The notes beneath the pieces were generated by a model. The model made no database searches. It had not been told where the DNA came from and was given only the letters and a program-made list of their open reading frames with translations. Positions 28,544 through 38,400 of a stretch of 64,000 nt of DNA are shown in pieces. Origin of the DNA: Gemmatimonadales bacterium (GTDB lineage: Bacteria > Gemmatimonadota > Gemmatimonadetes > Gemmatimonadales > GWC2-71-9); the NCBI GenBank assembly GCA_038321865.1, contig JBBQFH010000011.1:4137-68136 (forward strand), read 5' to 3'. Positions within the stretch are counted from its first letter, which is position 1. Each line of letters opens with the position of its first letter. The translations under genes were made by a program, and so were the position numbers.

Positions 28544-29569
28544 ATGGCCGAAGTCACGGTCTGCATCCCGGTCTATCAGGGGGCGGGATTCGTCGCCGAG
28601 ACGGTGGCGAGCATCGCGGCGCAGCGGTTTCACGACTTCAGGATTCTCGCATCACTCGACCGCGGCACCGACGATTCGGAGACGGTGCTCCGTCGCTCCT
28701 TGCCGGCCGGACGCAGTGAGCTGATCGTCCAGCCCAGCCGCATCGGATGGGTGGCGAATGCCAATGCGCTGATCGAGCGCGTGGAGACGCCGTACTTCTG
28801 CATCATCCCGCACGACGACCTGCTCGATCCTCGCTATCTGGATGAGGTCCACGCGCTCGCGGCCTCCGATCCGGGCATCGCCTGCGCCTACTCCGACATC
28901 AGGGGCTTCGGCGCCGTGACGCGGCGGGTCGGCCAGCCGGACGTCCGTGGGGGAAGGCTCGACCGGCTGGCCGACGTTGTCCTGAACCATTTCGGCGCCG
29001 TCGCCTTTCGCGGGCTGGTGCGCCGCGGGACCGCGGACGACCGGCCACTTATTCCGACCGGACTGCGGCGCGACTACGCGGCGGACACGGTCTGGATGCT
29101 TCGCCTGGCGCAGCGCGGCGAGCTGCGCCGGGTCGCGGCGACGCTGTACGCGAAGCGCTATCATGCCGAGACCGTGCACGCCGGCTGGTCGCGCTGGTCA
29201 CGTGAGGAACTGTGCCTGCTGTGGGCGGAGCAGGCCGCGGCATGCGCGCGGATCGCGCTCGAGGGACTGGACGACCCGGAGGACCGCGCGATCATTCTCG
29301 CGGCCGCCATCATGCGGTTGGCGGGCGTCGGAAACGCAGCACCTGGCTACCCCCCGCCACACACCCCGCTCGAGGTCGCCTCCGCCACTGCGGCATTCGG
29401 CGCGGCGCTCGGCGTCACCGAGCCGCCGCCCGCGCTGGAGCAGGTGCTCCGCCTCCCGCGCGCACGGCTGCTGCGAGAAGCCACCGCGGCCGCCCGCATC
29501 CGGGATGACGACTATCCGCTGGTTCACCGTTTGTGGTGGAGTCTGCTCTACCGGCTGAGCCGCCGCTGA
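28544..29569 (+). CDS. Glycosyltransferase family 2
   Basis: VTVCIPVYQG, TDDS, PHDDLL. Confidence 0.85.
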   Translation: MAEVTVCIPVYQGAGFVAETVASIAAQRFHDFRILASLDRGTDDSETVLRRSLPAGRSELIVQPSRIGWVANANALIERVETPYFCIIPHDDLLDPRYLDEVHALAASDPGIACAYSDIRGFGAVTRRVGQPDVRGGRLDRLADVVLNHFGAVAFRGLVRRGTADDRPLIPTGLRRDYAADTVWMLRLAQRGELRRVAATLYAKRYHAETVHAGWSRWSREELCLLWAEQAAACARIALEGLDDPEDRAIILAAAIMRLAGVGNAAPGYPPPHTPLEVASATAAFGAALGVTEPPPALEQVLRLPRARLLREATAAARIRDDDYPLVHRLWWSLLYRLSRR

Positions 29570-29582
29570 AGAAGCGGCCGGC

Positions 29583-30980
29583 TCAGGCCGCCAGCTTGTT
29601 GGCCGCGTTGAGCGCCGCGACCTTGTAACACTCCGCCAGGGTGGGGTAGTTGAACACCGTGTCGAGGAAGTAGTCGAGCCCGCCGCCCAATCCCATCACC
29701 GCCTGGCCGATGTGCACCAGCTCGGTCGCCCCCGTCCCGATGATGTGCACGCCGAGGAGGCGGTGGGTCTGGCGGTGGAAGAGCATCTTGAACAGCCCGC
29801 TGTCGTCCCCCAGAATCTGGCCCCGGGCGATCTCCCGGTAGCGGGCGACGCCGGTCTCGTACGGCACCTTCGCCGCGGTGAGCTCGCGCTCGGTCGCGCC
29901 GACCATGGAGATCTCGGGGATGGCATAGATGCCGATCGGAAAGTGATCGGCCATCGGGCGCGCCGGCACGCCCATCGCGACGCACGCCGCCTGGCGCCCC
30001 TGTTCGCTCGAGGTGGCGGCGAGGCTGGGATAGCCGATGACGTCGCCCGCGGCGAAGATCGTCGGGACGGCGGTGCGGAAGCTCGCGTCGACGCTGAGGC
30101 GCCCGCGGTCGTCGGCCGACAGGCCGGCGGCAGCGAGATTCAGGTCGTCCGTCGCCCCCATGCGCCCCACCGAGAAGAGCGCCATCTCGGAGACGATCCG
30201 CTTGCCGGACTCGAGCATGACCGAGACCCGGCGCGGCGGGCCGTCCATGATCTCGACGCCCGCGACCGCTTCGTTCGGCCGGAAGGTCACGTTGCGCTGG
30301 CGCAGCTGGTGGATCAGCTCGTCCACGATCTCGTCGTCGAGGAACTCGAGCGGGCGAGGCCGCCGTTCGACCAGCGTCACCTCGACGCCGAGCGCCGCGA
30401 ACATCGATGCGTACTCGATGCCGATGACGCCGGCGCCGACCACCGCCAGTGTCCTGGGCAGGCGCTCCATGTTGATGATGTCGTCACTGGTGACGATCAG
30501 CGCCCCGTCGCTCGATTCGGGAAGCACCGGGCGTGTCCCGACGGCGAGGAGGACGTTGTCCGCCGTCACTTCCCGGACCATTCCGTCCGAGCGCACGACC
30601 AGGGTGTGGGCATCGCGGAACGAGGCCTCACCGGCAATGATGTCCACGCCGTTCCGGCGGAGCTGGTTGTCGATCACCCCGCATTCGCGGGCGACGACCG
30701 CCGCCACCCGATGCAACAGCAGCTGGGCGGTCGGCCGGCTGGCGGGAGGAAGGGTGCCGACGGTCTCGAACGGGCGGGCGGCTGCGGTGCAGGACAGCAC
30801 CGCTTCGCGAAACGTCTTGCTGGGGATGGTACCGGTGCCGACGCAGACGCCGCCCATGGTGCGCCGTTTTTCGATCAGCCCCACGCGGCGCCCCAGCTTG
30901 GCCGCCTGCACCGCGCCGCGCTGGCCCGCCGGACCGCTGCCGATGCAGACGAGGTCGTACTGGTGAGCAGGTTCCGTCAC
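29583..30980 (-). CDS. sthA: Soluble pyridine nucleotide transhydrogenase
   Basis: GSGPAG, GGVCVGTGTIPSKTFRE, GAGVIGIEYA, GYPSLAATSSEQGR, FNYPTLAECYKVAA; GTG start 30980. Confidence 0.92.
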   Translation of the reverse strand: MTEPAHQYDLVCIGSGPAGQRGAVQAAKLGRRVGLIEKRRTMGGVCVGTGTIPSKTFREAVLSCTAAARPFETVGTLPPASRPTAQLLLHRVAAVVARECGVIDNQLRRNGVDIIAGEASFRDAHTLVVRSDGMVREVTADNVLLAVGTRPVLPESSDGALIVTSDDIINMERLPRTLAVVGAGVIGIEYASMFAALGVEVTLVERRPRPLEFLDDEIVDELIHQLRQRNVTFRPNEAVAGVEIMDGPPRRVSVMLESGKRIVSEMALFSVGRMGATDDLNLAAAGLSADDRGRLSVDASFRTAVPTIFAAGDVIGYPSLAATSSEQGRQAACVAMGVPARPMADHFPIGIYAIPEISMVGATERELTAAKVPYETGVARYREIARGQILGDDSGLFKMLFHRQTHRLLGVHIIGTGATELVHIGQAVMGLGGGLDYFLDTVFNYPTLAECYKVAALNAANKLAA

Positions 30981-31098
30981 GAGCGCTCCGGGAAGTAGAG
31001 GCCGGCCTGAGTGACGAATATACGCCCGCCCCGCTTGCGCGCGCCGCGCTCCCGCGGGAAGTTGCGGAGCGGCAATCCCCCTTTCCGGAAGGTGTCCG

Positions 31099-31683
31099 AT
31101 GCGCCATGCGACGTTCCCGGCGGTCATGCTGCTCGTTTCCGCGCTCACGCCCGCGCGGGCCCACGCGCAGGAGCGTACTCCAGCCTGGCAGATCGCGGCG
31201 GCGGTGCTGCCGCTGCCGGACAGCATGCGCGCCGGCGCCCGCGTCATGGGGTACAGCGGCGGCAAGCTGACGGAGCTCAGGGCCGGGCGGAACGAGATGA
31301 CCTGCCTGAGCGACGATCCGGCCCAGAAGGGATTCCAGGCATCCTGCTATCACCGCTCGCTCGAGGCGTTCATGGCGCGGGGACGGTCGCTCCGGGCCGC
31401 CGGCGTGAAGGAACGCCATGCCGTCGATTCGGTCCGGCTGGCGGAGATCAAGCGTGGCCGGCTGGCGATGCCGAAGACGCCTGCCACCCTCTACTCGCTC
31501 TTCTCCGATGCCGACAGCTTCGATGCGCTGGCCGGGCCGCCGCCGGGGCAGCGGGCGCTCATCGTGATCTACACGCCGTACGCCACGACGGCCTCATCGG
31601 GCCTCTCCACGATTCCGGCGGCCGGCCGTCCCTTCCTCATGTATCCCGGGATGCCCTGGGCTCACGTGATGATTCAGCCCTGA
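31099..31683 (+). CDS. Exported protein of unknown function
   Basis: Signal peptide (AHA); CLSDDP...SCYH; C-terminal WAHVMI. Confidence 0.75.
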   Translation: MRHATFPAVMLLVSALTPARAHAQERTPAWQIAAAVLPLPDSMRAGARVMGYSGGKLTELRAGRNEMTCLSDDPAQKGFQASCYHRSLEAFMARGRSLRAAGVKERHAVDSVRLAEIKRGRLAMPKTPATLYSLFSDADSFDALAGPPPGQRALIVIYTPYATTASSGLSTIPAAGRPFLMYPGMPWAHVMIQP

Positions 31684-31686
31684 GTC

Positions 31687-33006
31687 TCAGCCGCCGGTCT
31701 CGAGCGAATCGAGCATCCGCCGGGCGATGGGCGCCTGCACGGGATCGAATCGGGGATTGAGCGAAAAGGCGCGGCCGAGCCAGGTACGGGCGCGGCCGCG
31801 GTCCCCGGCGGCCCGCGCGATCGCGCCGGCATGATAGAACAGAGTCGCGTCCTGGGTACCCCGCCCGAGGGCGCCGGCCATCATGCGGTCGGCCTCGGCG
31901 AAGCGGCCCTGCCGGTAGAGTGCCCAGGCGAGCAGGTCGTATCCGTAGACGTCGCGTCGCGACTCGAGCTCGGTACGCGCGGCGGCCACTACGTCATCCA
32001 CCCGGCGGTTGTGATCCAGCAGGAAGAGACTCCAGGCCCGATGGTAGGCGCCGGGCTGCTGTGACACCGACACTTCCATCGTCCGATAGTAGTCCTCGGC
32101 CTTTCCGTGGTCGCCCAGCGCGGCCCAGGCGTCGCCGATGATGCCGAGCGTGGCGGGATCCAGCGCCGTCTCGACGGAGCGATCGCCGTAGGCGATGGCG
32201 TCGCGCCACTCCGAGCGGAGCCAGGCCAGTCGCGCGAGCGCCGCGAGCACCCGGTGATCGTCGGGCGAGATCGCCAGCCCGGCCAGGAGGGCATGCTCCG
32301 CCGCGTCCAGGTGTCCGAGGCGCATCTCGAAGTCGCCGACGCGGAGTCGGAACCAGGCGGCCTGTTCCCTCGGGAGGCCGTCGAGCGAATCAGCGGCGTG
32401 CATCGCACCGTAGAACAGGCGCCGCGCCACGGCCGTGTCTCCGCGCAGCTCGGCCCACCGGGCCAGCCGCGGCCAGGAACCGAGCGTCGTCTTGCCGCGG
32501 CGGACGGACACGAACGCGGAGTCGGCGTCGCGGTAGTTGCCGAGCTCGAGGTCGATCTCGCCCAGCATCGCGCGGTAGCTCGGCTCCTGCGGCTCCAGAC
32601 GGATGAGCTGCTGCGCGGCGGCGCGGGCCTCGACGAACCGGTGCTCCGAGAGCAGCGCCGAGGCGAGGGTCGCGTAGGTGTAATCGTTGTGGGCGAGCCG
32701 GAGCTCGATGGATCGACGCGCCAGCGATTCGGCGCGCAGGACGTCGGTGTAGTTGCCGGTCTGCCGGGAGCGTTGCAGGTAGAGGGTCGCCAGCATGGCA
32801 CGGTCGGAGGCTCCGATCGAGTCCTCCGCGGCGCGGCGTTCGTAGAAGGCGATATCCTTGTCGCGCCGGATCCCTTCGTCGGCGATGTCGGCTTTCGCGG
32901 CTTCGATCGCCCGGCTCCGCTCCGCGGCCGAGACCGTCCGCGCCGTCCAGATGATCCCGCCCGCCATGGCGACCGCGATCATCCCCGCCTTCACGTTGCG
33001 ATGCAT
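31687..33006 (-). CDS. TPR protein with N-terminal anchor
   Basis: Multiple TPR-like helices; RRDVYGYDLLAWALY, LNPRFDP. Confidence 0.85.
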   Translation of the reverse strand: MHRNVKAGMIAVAMAGGIIWTARTVSAAERSRAIEAAKADIADEGIRRDKDIAFYERRAAEDSIGASDRAMLATLYLQRSRQTGNYTDVLRAESLARRSIELRLAHNDYTYATLASALLSEHRFVEARAAAQQLIRLEPQEPSYRAMLGEIDLELGNYRDADSAFVSVRRGKTTLGSWPRLARWAELRGDTAVARRLFYGAMHAADSLDGLPREQAAWFRLRVGDFEMRLGHLDAAEHALLAGLAISPDDHRVLAALARLAWLRSEWRDAIAYGDRSVETALDPATLGIIGDAWAALGDHGKAEDYYRTMEVSVSQQPGAYHRAWSLFLLDHNRRVDDVVAAARTELESRRDVYGYDLLAWALYRQGRFAEADRMMAGALGRGTQDATLFYHAGAIARAAGDRGRARTWLGRAFSLNPRFDPVQAPIARRMLDSLETGG

Positions 33007-33074
33007 CGTCAGCTCCCGGAACGCGTGCCGCCGGGCCCGCCCTCGAGGCGAACCCGGCGGTCACGCTGCGTGGA

Positions 33075-33656
33075 TCAGGTGTGCGGTACCGCCAGGTACG
33101 GGAACGTGCCCTGGAACCCGACGTCGTTGGTGTTCACGTTGTCGGTGCAGAGCGGGAGCGCGAACGGCGCGCAGAAGGCGCCTTCCGGCTCCAGCAGCGA
33201 GCTGAAGATCGCGCTCAGCCCGATGTCCACGACATCGTCGGTCAGCTTCCGGCCGCCCCACCCGTCGTGCAGCGCCCACGAGAGCCAGCCCGCGGTCGCC
33301 GGATTCTTGGCGGTGTTGACGACCAGGATATCCGGGTAGAGCACGCTGCCCAGCGTGGCGGCCAGCGACTGCGGCCGGCCGAAGCTGGTGACGAACGCCG
33401 CGGTCTGCGGCAGGAACGTCGCCGTGTTGTACGGCTGCGTCCGGTTGTACTGGTCGTGATTCGCCTTGACGATCGTGACTTCGCTCACGAGCGGGTTGCC
33501 GAGGAACTCGACCTGCTCGTACACGGCGCCGTCATCGGACCCCGTCGAGACATCCGGCGCGAGCGACGCGCTCTGGTCTGCGCCGTCGGCGCATCCGGCC
33601 GCCACGAGCGCGAACGCCAGCGCCGCGGCTCCGGCCCAACTCTTCTGCTTCCACAT
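33075..33656 (-). CDS. DUF4331-family lipoprotein (C-terminal-half type)
   Basis: AAGGAG RBS, lipobox VAAGC; QVEFLGNPLVSE, GRKLTDDVVD, DNV, FPYL. Confidence 0.8.
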   Translation of the reverse strand: MWKQKSWAGAAALAFALVAAGCADGADQSASLAPDVSTGSDDGAVYEQVEFLGNPLVSEVTIVKANHDQYNRTQPYNTATFLPQTAAFVTSFGRPQSLAATLGSVLYPDILVVNTAKNPATAGWLSWALHDGWGGRKLTDDVVDIGLSAIFSSLLEPEGAFCAPFALPLCTDNVNTNDVGFQGTFPYLAVPHT

Positions 33657-33697
33657 ATGTGTTGCTCCTTGGCCTGTTGAGTATTCGGAAGCGGTGG

Positions 33698-34450
33698 TCA
33701 GCTGCCGCGGCGGCGGCTGGCGGTGCCCCACACGCCGAAGCGCGGGCGCGAGCCGTTTTCGGTCAGCATCGCGGTCGGGACCTCGATCACGATGGCGAGA
33801 TCGTTGATGCCCCTGAGGAAGTCGACCGCTTCACCCGGCGCGCGAAACGACGTGGCCGTCGGCGTCGAGGGAATCAGCGACAGCGGTCCGGTCTCGGGCT
33901 TGCGGTCCGGGATGATGCGGAAGAACTGCTCGAGGTCGATGAAGAACGGATCGTCGCGCGGGCCGGCGAACAGCTGGACGCCGGTGGCCGAACCGAGGAC
34001 CTGGCGGGTGGGGCCGGCGAGCTCGCGCTTGCCGTTGATGAGCGTGTTGCTGGTGCCGGTCTCCCGCGGGACGGAAGGCCCCTGCAGGCTCACGCGCTGA
34101 TTCTTGGCGTTTCCGGTGAAGGTGACCTGGAACACCAGATCCTCCACCGCGTCCCCCGTATTGTCGATCTTGAGCTGGTAGAGCACTTCGTGCTTGTCGC
34201 CGAATGCCCGGGTCGGCGTCTGCGCCGGCGTCACCGGCGACTCGGTGCCCAGCACCAGGACGGTACGGCCCGGCGTGGCGGCGGGAAAGGCATAGACATC
34301 GTTCACGTCGAACTGCGGATTGAGCTCGACGAGCGGCGTGTCCTGGTGGTCGGACGCCATGACGGTCCCGACCGCGACGATGGTCGCCGCGAGCCCGAAG
34401 GCCGCCAGCGTGGGCACGAGTCGCGCGCGCCCCAAACTCCAATGGTTCAT
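33698..34450 (-). CDS. DUF4331-family exported protein (N-terminal-half type)
   Basis: Signal peptide; SDHQDTP, DVNDVYAF, IDNTGDA, FAGPRDDPFFIDL, IEVP, GVWGTAS. Confidence 0.82.
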   Translation of the reverse strand: MNHWSLGRARLVPTLAAFGLAATIVAVGTVMASDHQDTPLVELNPQFDVNDVYAFPAATPGRTVLVLGTESPVTPAQTPTRAFGDKHEVLYQLKIDNTGDAVEDLVFQVTFTGNAKNQRVSLQGPSVPRETGTSNTLINGKRELAGPTRQVLGSATGVQLFAGPRDDPFFIDLEQFFRIIPDRKPETGPLSLIPSTPTATSFRAPGEAVDFLRGINDLAIVIEVPTAMLTENGSRPRFGVWGTASRRRGS

Positions 34451-34517
34451 AACTGTCCCCCGGCGATGAAGAATCCATGCCGCGGCGGGAGCCGCGGCCT
34501 GGGTGGTGCCGAGGGTA

Positions 34518-34545
34518 TTACGCGGGAGATGCCGGGTCGGATTGG
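34518..34545 (-). promoter_or_regulatory. Putative ECF sigma promoter for the DUF4331-TPR operon
   Basis: Minus strand CCAATCC-N16-CGTAA, about 70 nt upstream of ATG 34450. Confidence 0.5.
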
Positions 34546-34554
34546 ACCCGGGAT

Positions 34555-35166
34555 TCAGGAGCCGGCGGGCACCAGGTGGAAGTCGTACTCCAGGTGGATG
34601 CTGTCGGCCACGCTGAGCACGATGGGCACGCGCGGCTGGGTCAGCCCGAAATCGGCGAAGGTGAACCCGGTGAGGGCGGTGCCGGTCACCTCGCTGCCCC
34701 TGAAGGTGGCGGTGACGTGCCAGCTCGTCGGATGGGTGGTGCCGTGCACCGTGAGATCGCCGACCATGTCGAAGGTCCGGGACCCGCTGGTCGGGAGGGG
34801 CCAGGGGAGCCCGGTGATCGCCGTGGGCGCGAGCGTCACGGTGGGATACTGTGCCGACTCGAAGACGCGACCCTGGATGTAGCGGTCGCGGCGTTCCCGG
34901 TCGCTGGTCAACCCGGTGATGTCCACCACGAGCTTCGATTCGGCGGGGACCAGCTTGCCCCCGGCGTCGAGCGTGATGCCGCCGGTGACCGCGGCCGTCT
35001 TGCCGACGGCATCGTTGGGGAGGTCGAAGCCGGCCAGCTGCTCTCGTACCCGGTACCTGGCCTCGTTGCCGCTCGGTGCGACCACGAGGTGAATCCCGGC
35101 CGTGCGGCCCACCGCGACGAAGATGAGCGGCGCAACCAGGCCGAGCATGACGGTCCTCACGTACAT
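34555..35166 (-). CDS. YceI family protein
   Basis: ARYRVREQL, LTSDRERRD, YP, GDLTVHGTT, DFGL; AGGAGG RBS before ATG 35166. Confidence 0.88.
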   Translation of the reverse strand: MYVRTVMLGLVAPLIFVAVGRTAGIHLVVAPSGNEARYRVREQLAGFDLPNDAVGKTAAVTGGITLDAGGKLVPAESKLVVDITGLTSDRERRDRYIQGRVFESAQYPTVTLAPTAITGLPWPLPTSGSRTFDMVGDLTVHGTTHPTSWHVTATFRGSEVTGTALTGFTFADFGLTQPRVPIVLSVADSIHLEYDFHLVPAGS

Positions 35167-35312
35167 CGATCCTCCTGAGCTGTGGGCACTGGGACGAAGG
35201 CTCTGCACGCGAACCTTACGCCGGGACGGCGGAATTCGTTGCGCGGCCTTGCCACCGGCCCCGTTCGCAGGGAGACTGCAGCAAGCATCGGACGAATCCC
35301 AACGGAGCACGC

Positions 35313-38300
35313 ATGCACCTTTCGACCGCCTGGGCCGCCGCCGTCTCCCTCGCCGTGGCACCCGCGCTGGCCGCGCAGCAACCGGCGGCGCCAGCGATCA
35401 CCTACGGCGTCGGAAGCTGGAATGCCGACTCCCTGGGGAATCAGCGCGCGGTGGTCCGGGTGGCGGCACCGGCACCCGCCGTTCGCGCGGACATTCCGTG
35501 GCGCCGCCGGGATCTGCATCCGGAGCTCAAGCGCGTCATCGTCCAGAACGCGGCGGGCCGGCGGGTCGCCAATGCGGTACCCGTCAGTGTCACGCGGGAA
35601 GCGGGCGAGATCGTCTTCGAGCCCTCGGACGGCGCCGGGACCTACTTCATCTATTTCATTCCCTATCAGGGCAGCGTCCGCTCCAACTACCCGAAGATCA
35701 CCTACCAGCGCGCGGACTCGACCGCCGACCCCGGTTGGCTCGTCCGTGCCGGGCTCGGAGGGGCGGGCCGTGCCGCGGCGGCGAGCCGCATGCCGGCGGC
35801 CGAGGTCGTGTCGATTCAGGCCGCCGATTCGGTGGACCGGATGGACCCGATGGAGGTCATCGCGACGGCAGCGGAAACGGACGACCTCCGCAAGCGCGCC
35901 GGCGGCCGAGCCTTCGTCCTCTTTCCCGAGGATCGCGCGCATCCGATCCGGATGACCGATGATCTCCCCGCCCGCTGGATCACCGCGGGGCCCGGCGGCA
36001 CGGCCGGCGGCCAGGCGGAGCGAGGCGAATTTCTCTCGTTCCAGATAGGCGTCTGGGCTCAGACCGCGCTCGACAGCGTGTCGGTCCGGTTCACCAACCT
36101 CCATCGGGTCGGGGGAGCTGATCTGATTCCGGCCGCGGCGTTCAGCTCGTTCATGACCCGCGGGGTGGACTGGCAGGGGCGCGCGTTCGAGCGGCGGCTC
36201 GCCGTCGCGGCGGGGAAGGTGCAGTCGCTCTGGCTCGGCGTGATGGTGCCGGAGGCGGCGGCGCCGGGCGACTATCAGGGAACGGTGACGATCGGCGCGG
36301 CCGGAGCGCCTGCGGCGACGCTGCCGGTCCGGGTGACCGTTCTGCCCGCCCTCGCGGTCAACCACGGAGACGACGAGCCGACCCGGCTCTCCCGGCTCCG
36401 CTGGCTCGATTCCCGGTTCCGGCTCGATACGACGCTGGTACCGCCCTACACCCCGGTGCGCATCCGGGGCCATACGCTCACGGTGCTCGGCCGGCAGATC
36501 AGCCTCGCGCCCACCGGCCTGCCGGCGCAGGTGATCAGCTTCTTCAGCGCCGAGCTGACCGGGCTGACCACCCGCGGTCGGGCGATGCTGGCGGCGCCCG
36601 TGGCGTTCGTCGCCGAGGATTCCGCTGGCGGGACGCTGGCCTGGAGTGGGGATGGTGTGCGGGTCACGCGGTCGCTGCCGGGCGCGGCGCTCTGGGATGC
36701 GGCCAGCCGCGCGGGCCCGCTCAGGATGCGCACGCGGGCGCAGCTCGACTTCGACGGCAACATCGAATACACGATCGCGCTGACCGCCACGGCGCCCATC
36801 ACGCTTCGCGACCTCAGGCTGGAGATCCCGTTCCGGCGCGACGTTGCCCGGTATTTCATGGGCCTCAACCGGAAGGGCGGCACGGCGCCGGCCAGTTACG
36901 ACTGGACCTGGGACGTCAGGCGCAACCAGGACGCGGCGTGGATCGGTGACGTCAACGCCGGCCTGCAGTTCACGCTCAAGGACCAGCAGTACATCCGGCC
37001 GCTCAATACCAATTTCTACCAGCTGCGGCCGCTGGTGATGCCGCTGTCGTGGCAGAACGGCGGCAGGGGCGGCTGCCGGTTCCGGACCGAAGCGGACGTC
37101 TACCGCGCCGCCTGTTACAGCGGCGCGCGCACGATCGGGCCGGGGGACACGCTCTACTACAATCTCCGCCTCCTCATCACGCCGTTTCATCCGGTGGACA
37201 CGCGCACGCACTTCTCGTCGCGATATTACCACCGCTACGCGCCGGTGGACTCGATTGCCGCCGTGGGCGCCAACGTGGTAAACGTGCACCACGCGACCGC
37301 CATCAATCCCTACATCAACTATCCCTTTCTCCGGCCGCTGCAGATGAAGGCCTATGCCGACTCGGTGCACGCGGCCGGCATGCGGTTCAAGATCTACTAC
37401 ACGGTGCGGGAGCTGACCTACCGCGCCCCCGAGTTCTGGGCGCTGCGGAGCCTGGGCGACGAGGTGCTGGCGCCCGGCCCCGGCGCGGGCCACTCCTGGC
37501 TGCAGGAGCACGTCGGGTCCGGCTACATCCCGGGCTGGGTGGTGCCGGAGCTGCACGACATCGCGCTCGTCACCAGCGGGATCTCCCGCTGGCACAACTT
37601 CTATGTCGAAGGACTTCAGTGGCTGGTGGATCACGCCGGTATCGACGGCCTCTACCTCGACGATGTCGCGTTCGACCGCACCACCATGCAGCGGGTCCGC
37701 CGGGTCCTGACGTCACACGGCGGCCCGGGTGAGCGGATCGACCTCCACTCGGCGAACCAGTTCAACCCGAACGACGGGTTTGCCAGCAGCGCGAACCTCT
37801 ATCTCGAGCATTTTCCGTACATCGACCGTCTCTGGTTCGGCGAGTACTTCGACTACGACAAGTCGCCGCCGGACTACTGGCTGGTCGAGATGTCGGGGCT
37901 GCCCTTCGGGCTGATGAGCGAAATGCTCGAGGGGGGCGGCAACCCCTGGCGCGGCATGGTGTTCGGGATGACCAACCGGCTGCCCTGGACCGGCGGAGAC
38001 CCGCGAAAACTGTGGGCGGAATGGGACCGGTTCGGGATCGCCGACAGCCGCATGATCGGCTGGTGGTCGCCGCACGCGCCGGTGACGACGGGCCGGGCCG
38101 ACGTGCTCGCCACGACGTATCTGCGATCCGGCCGTGCCCTGGTGGCGGTGGCAAGCTGGGCCGCCGACACCGTGGCCGTGCCGCTGTCGATCGACTGGAA
38201 GGCGCTGGGGATCGACCGCGCCCACGCCACGCTTCGTGCCCCCGCGATCGAAGGGTTCCAGCCGGCGGCGACGTTCACGCCGGATGAGCTGCTGCGCGTC

Positions 38301-38342
38301 GCTCCGGGGCGAGGCCTGCTGATTGAAGTCGGGGGCCACTGA
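35313..38342 (+). CDS. Large exported putative glycoside hydrolase (DUF6067-like)
   Basis: Signal peptide; LGNQRAV, RGEFLSFQIGVW, RLRWLDS, INPYINYPF, YYTVREL, DGLYLDD, WFGEYFDY. Confidence 0.75.
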   Translation: MHLSTAWAAAVSLAVAPALAAQQPAAPAITYGVGSWNADSLGNQRAVVRVAAPAPAVRADIPWRRRDLHPELKRVIVQNAAGRRVANAVPVSVTREAGEIVFEPSDGAGTYFIYFIPYQGSVRSNYPKITYQRADSTADPGWLVRAGLGGAGRAAAASRMPAAEVVSIQAADSVDRMDPMEVIATAAETDDLRKRAGGRAFVLFPEDRAHPIRMTDDLPARWITAGPGGTAGGQAERGEFLSFQIGVWAQTALDSVSVRFTNLHRVGGADLIPAAAFSSFMTRGVDWQGRAFERRLAVAAGKVQSLWLGVMVPEAAAPGDYQGTVTIGAAGAPAATLPVRVTVLPALAVNHGDDEPTRLSRLRWLDSRFRLDTTLVPPYTPVRIRGHTLTVLGRQISLAPTGLPAQVISFFSAELTGLTTRGRAMLAAPVAFVAEDSAGGTLAWSGDGVRVTRSLPGAALWDAASRAGPLRMRTRAQLDFDGNIEYTIALTATAPITLRDLRLEIPFRRDVARYFMGLNRKGGTAPASYDWTWDVRRNQDAAWIGDVNAGLQFTLKDQQYIRPLNTNFYQLRPLVMPLSWQNGGRGGCRFRTEADVYRAACYSGARTIGPGDTLYYNLRLLITPFHPVDTRTHFSSRYYHRYAPVDSIAAVGANVVNVHHATAINPYINYPFLRPLQMKAYADSVHAAGMRFKIYYTVRELTYRAPEFWALRSLGDEVLAPGPGAGHSWLQEHVGSGYIPGWVVPELHDIALVTSGISRWHNFYVEGLQWLVDHAGIDGLYLDDVAFDRTTMQRVRRVLTSHGGPGERIDLHSANQFNPNDGFASSANLYLEHFPYIDRLWFGEYFDYDKSPPDYWLVEMSGLPFGLMSEMLEGGGNPWRGMVFGMTNRLPWTGGDPRKLWAEWDRFGIADSRMIGWWSPHAPVTTGRADVLATTYLRSGRALVAVASWAADTVAVPLSIDWKALGIDRAHATLRAPAIEGFQPAATFTPDELLRVAPGRGLLIEVGGH

Positions 38343-38400
38343 TGCGACCTTCCCGCACGAAGGTGATGCGCATGCTCCCCCGCGAGGTACTCCGCTCCAG

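Noticed and set aside
33075..34450. DUF4331 as a frameshifted pseudogene
   Set aside because: The second ORF has its own strong RBS and lipoprotein signal, which favours a genuine two-gene arrangement
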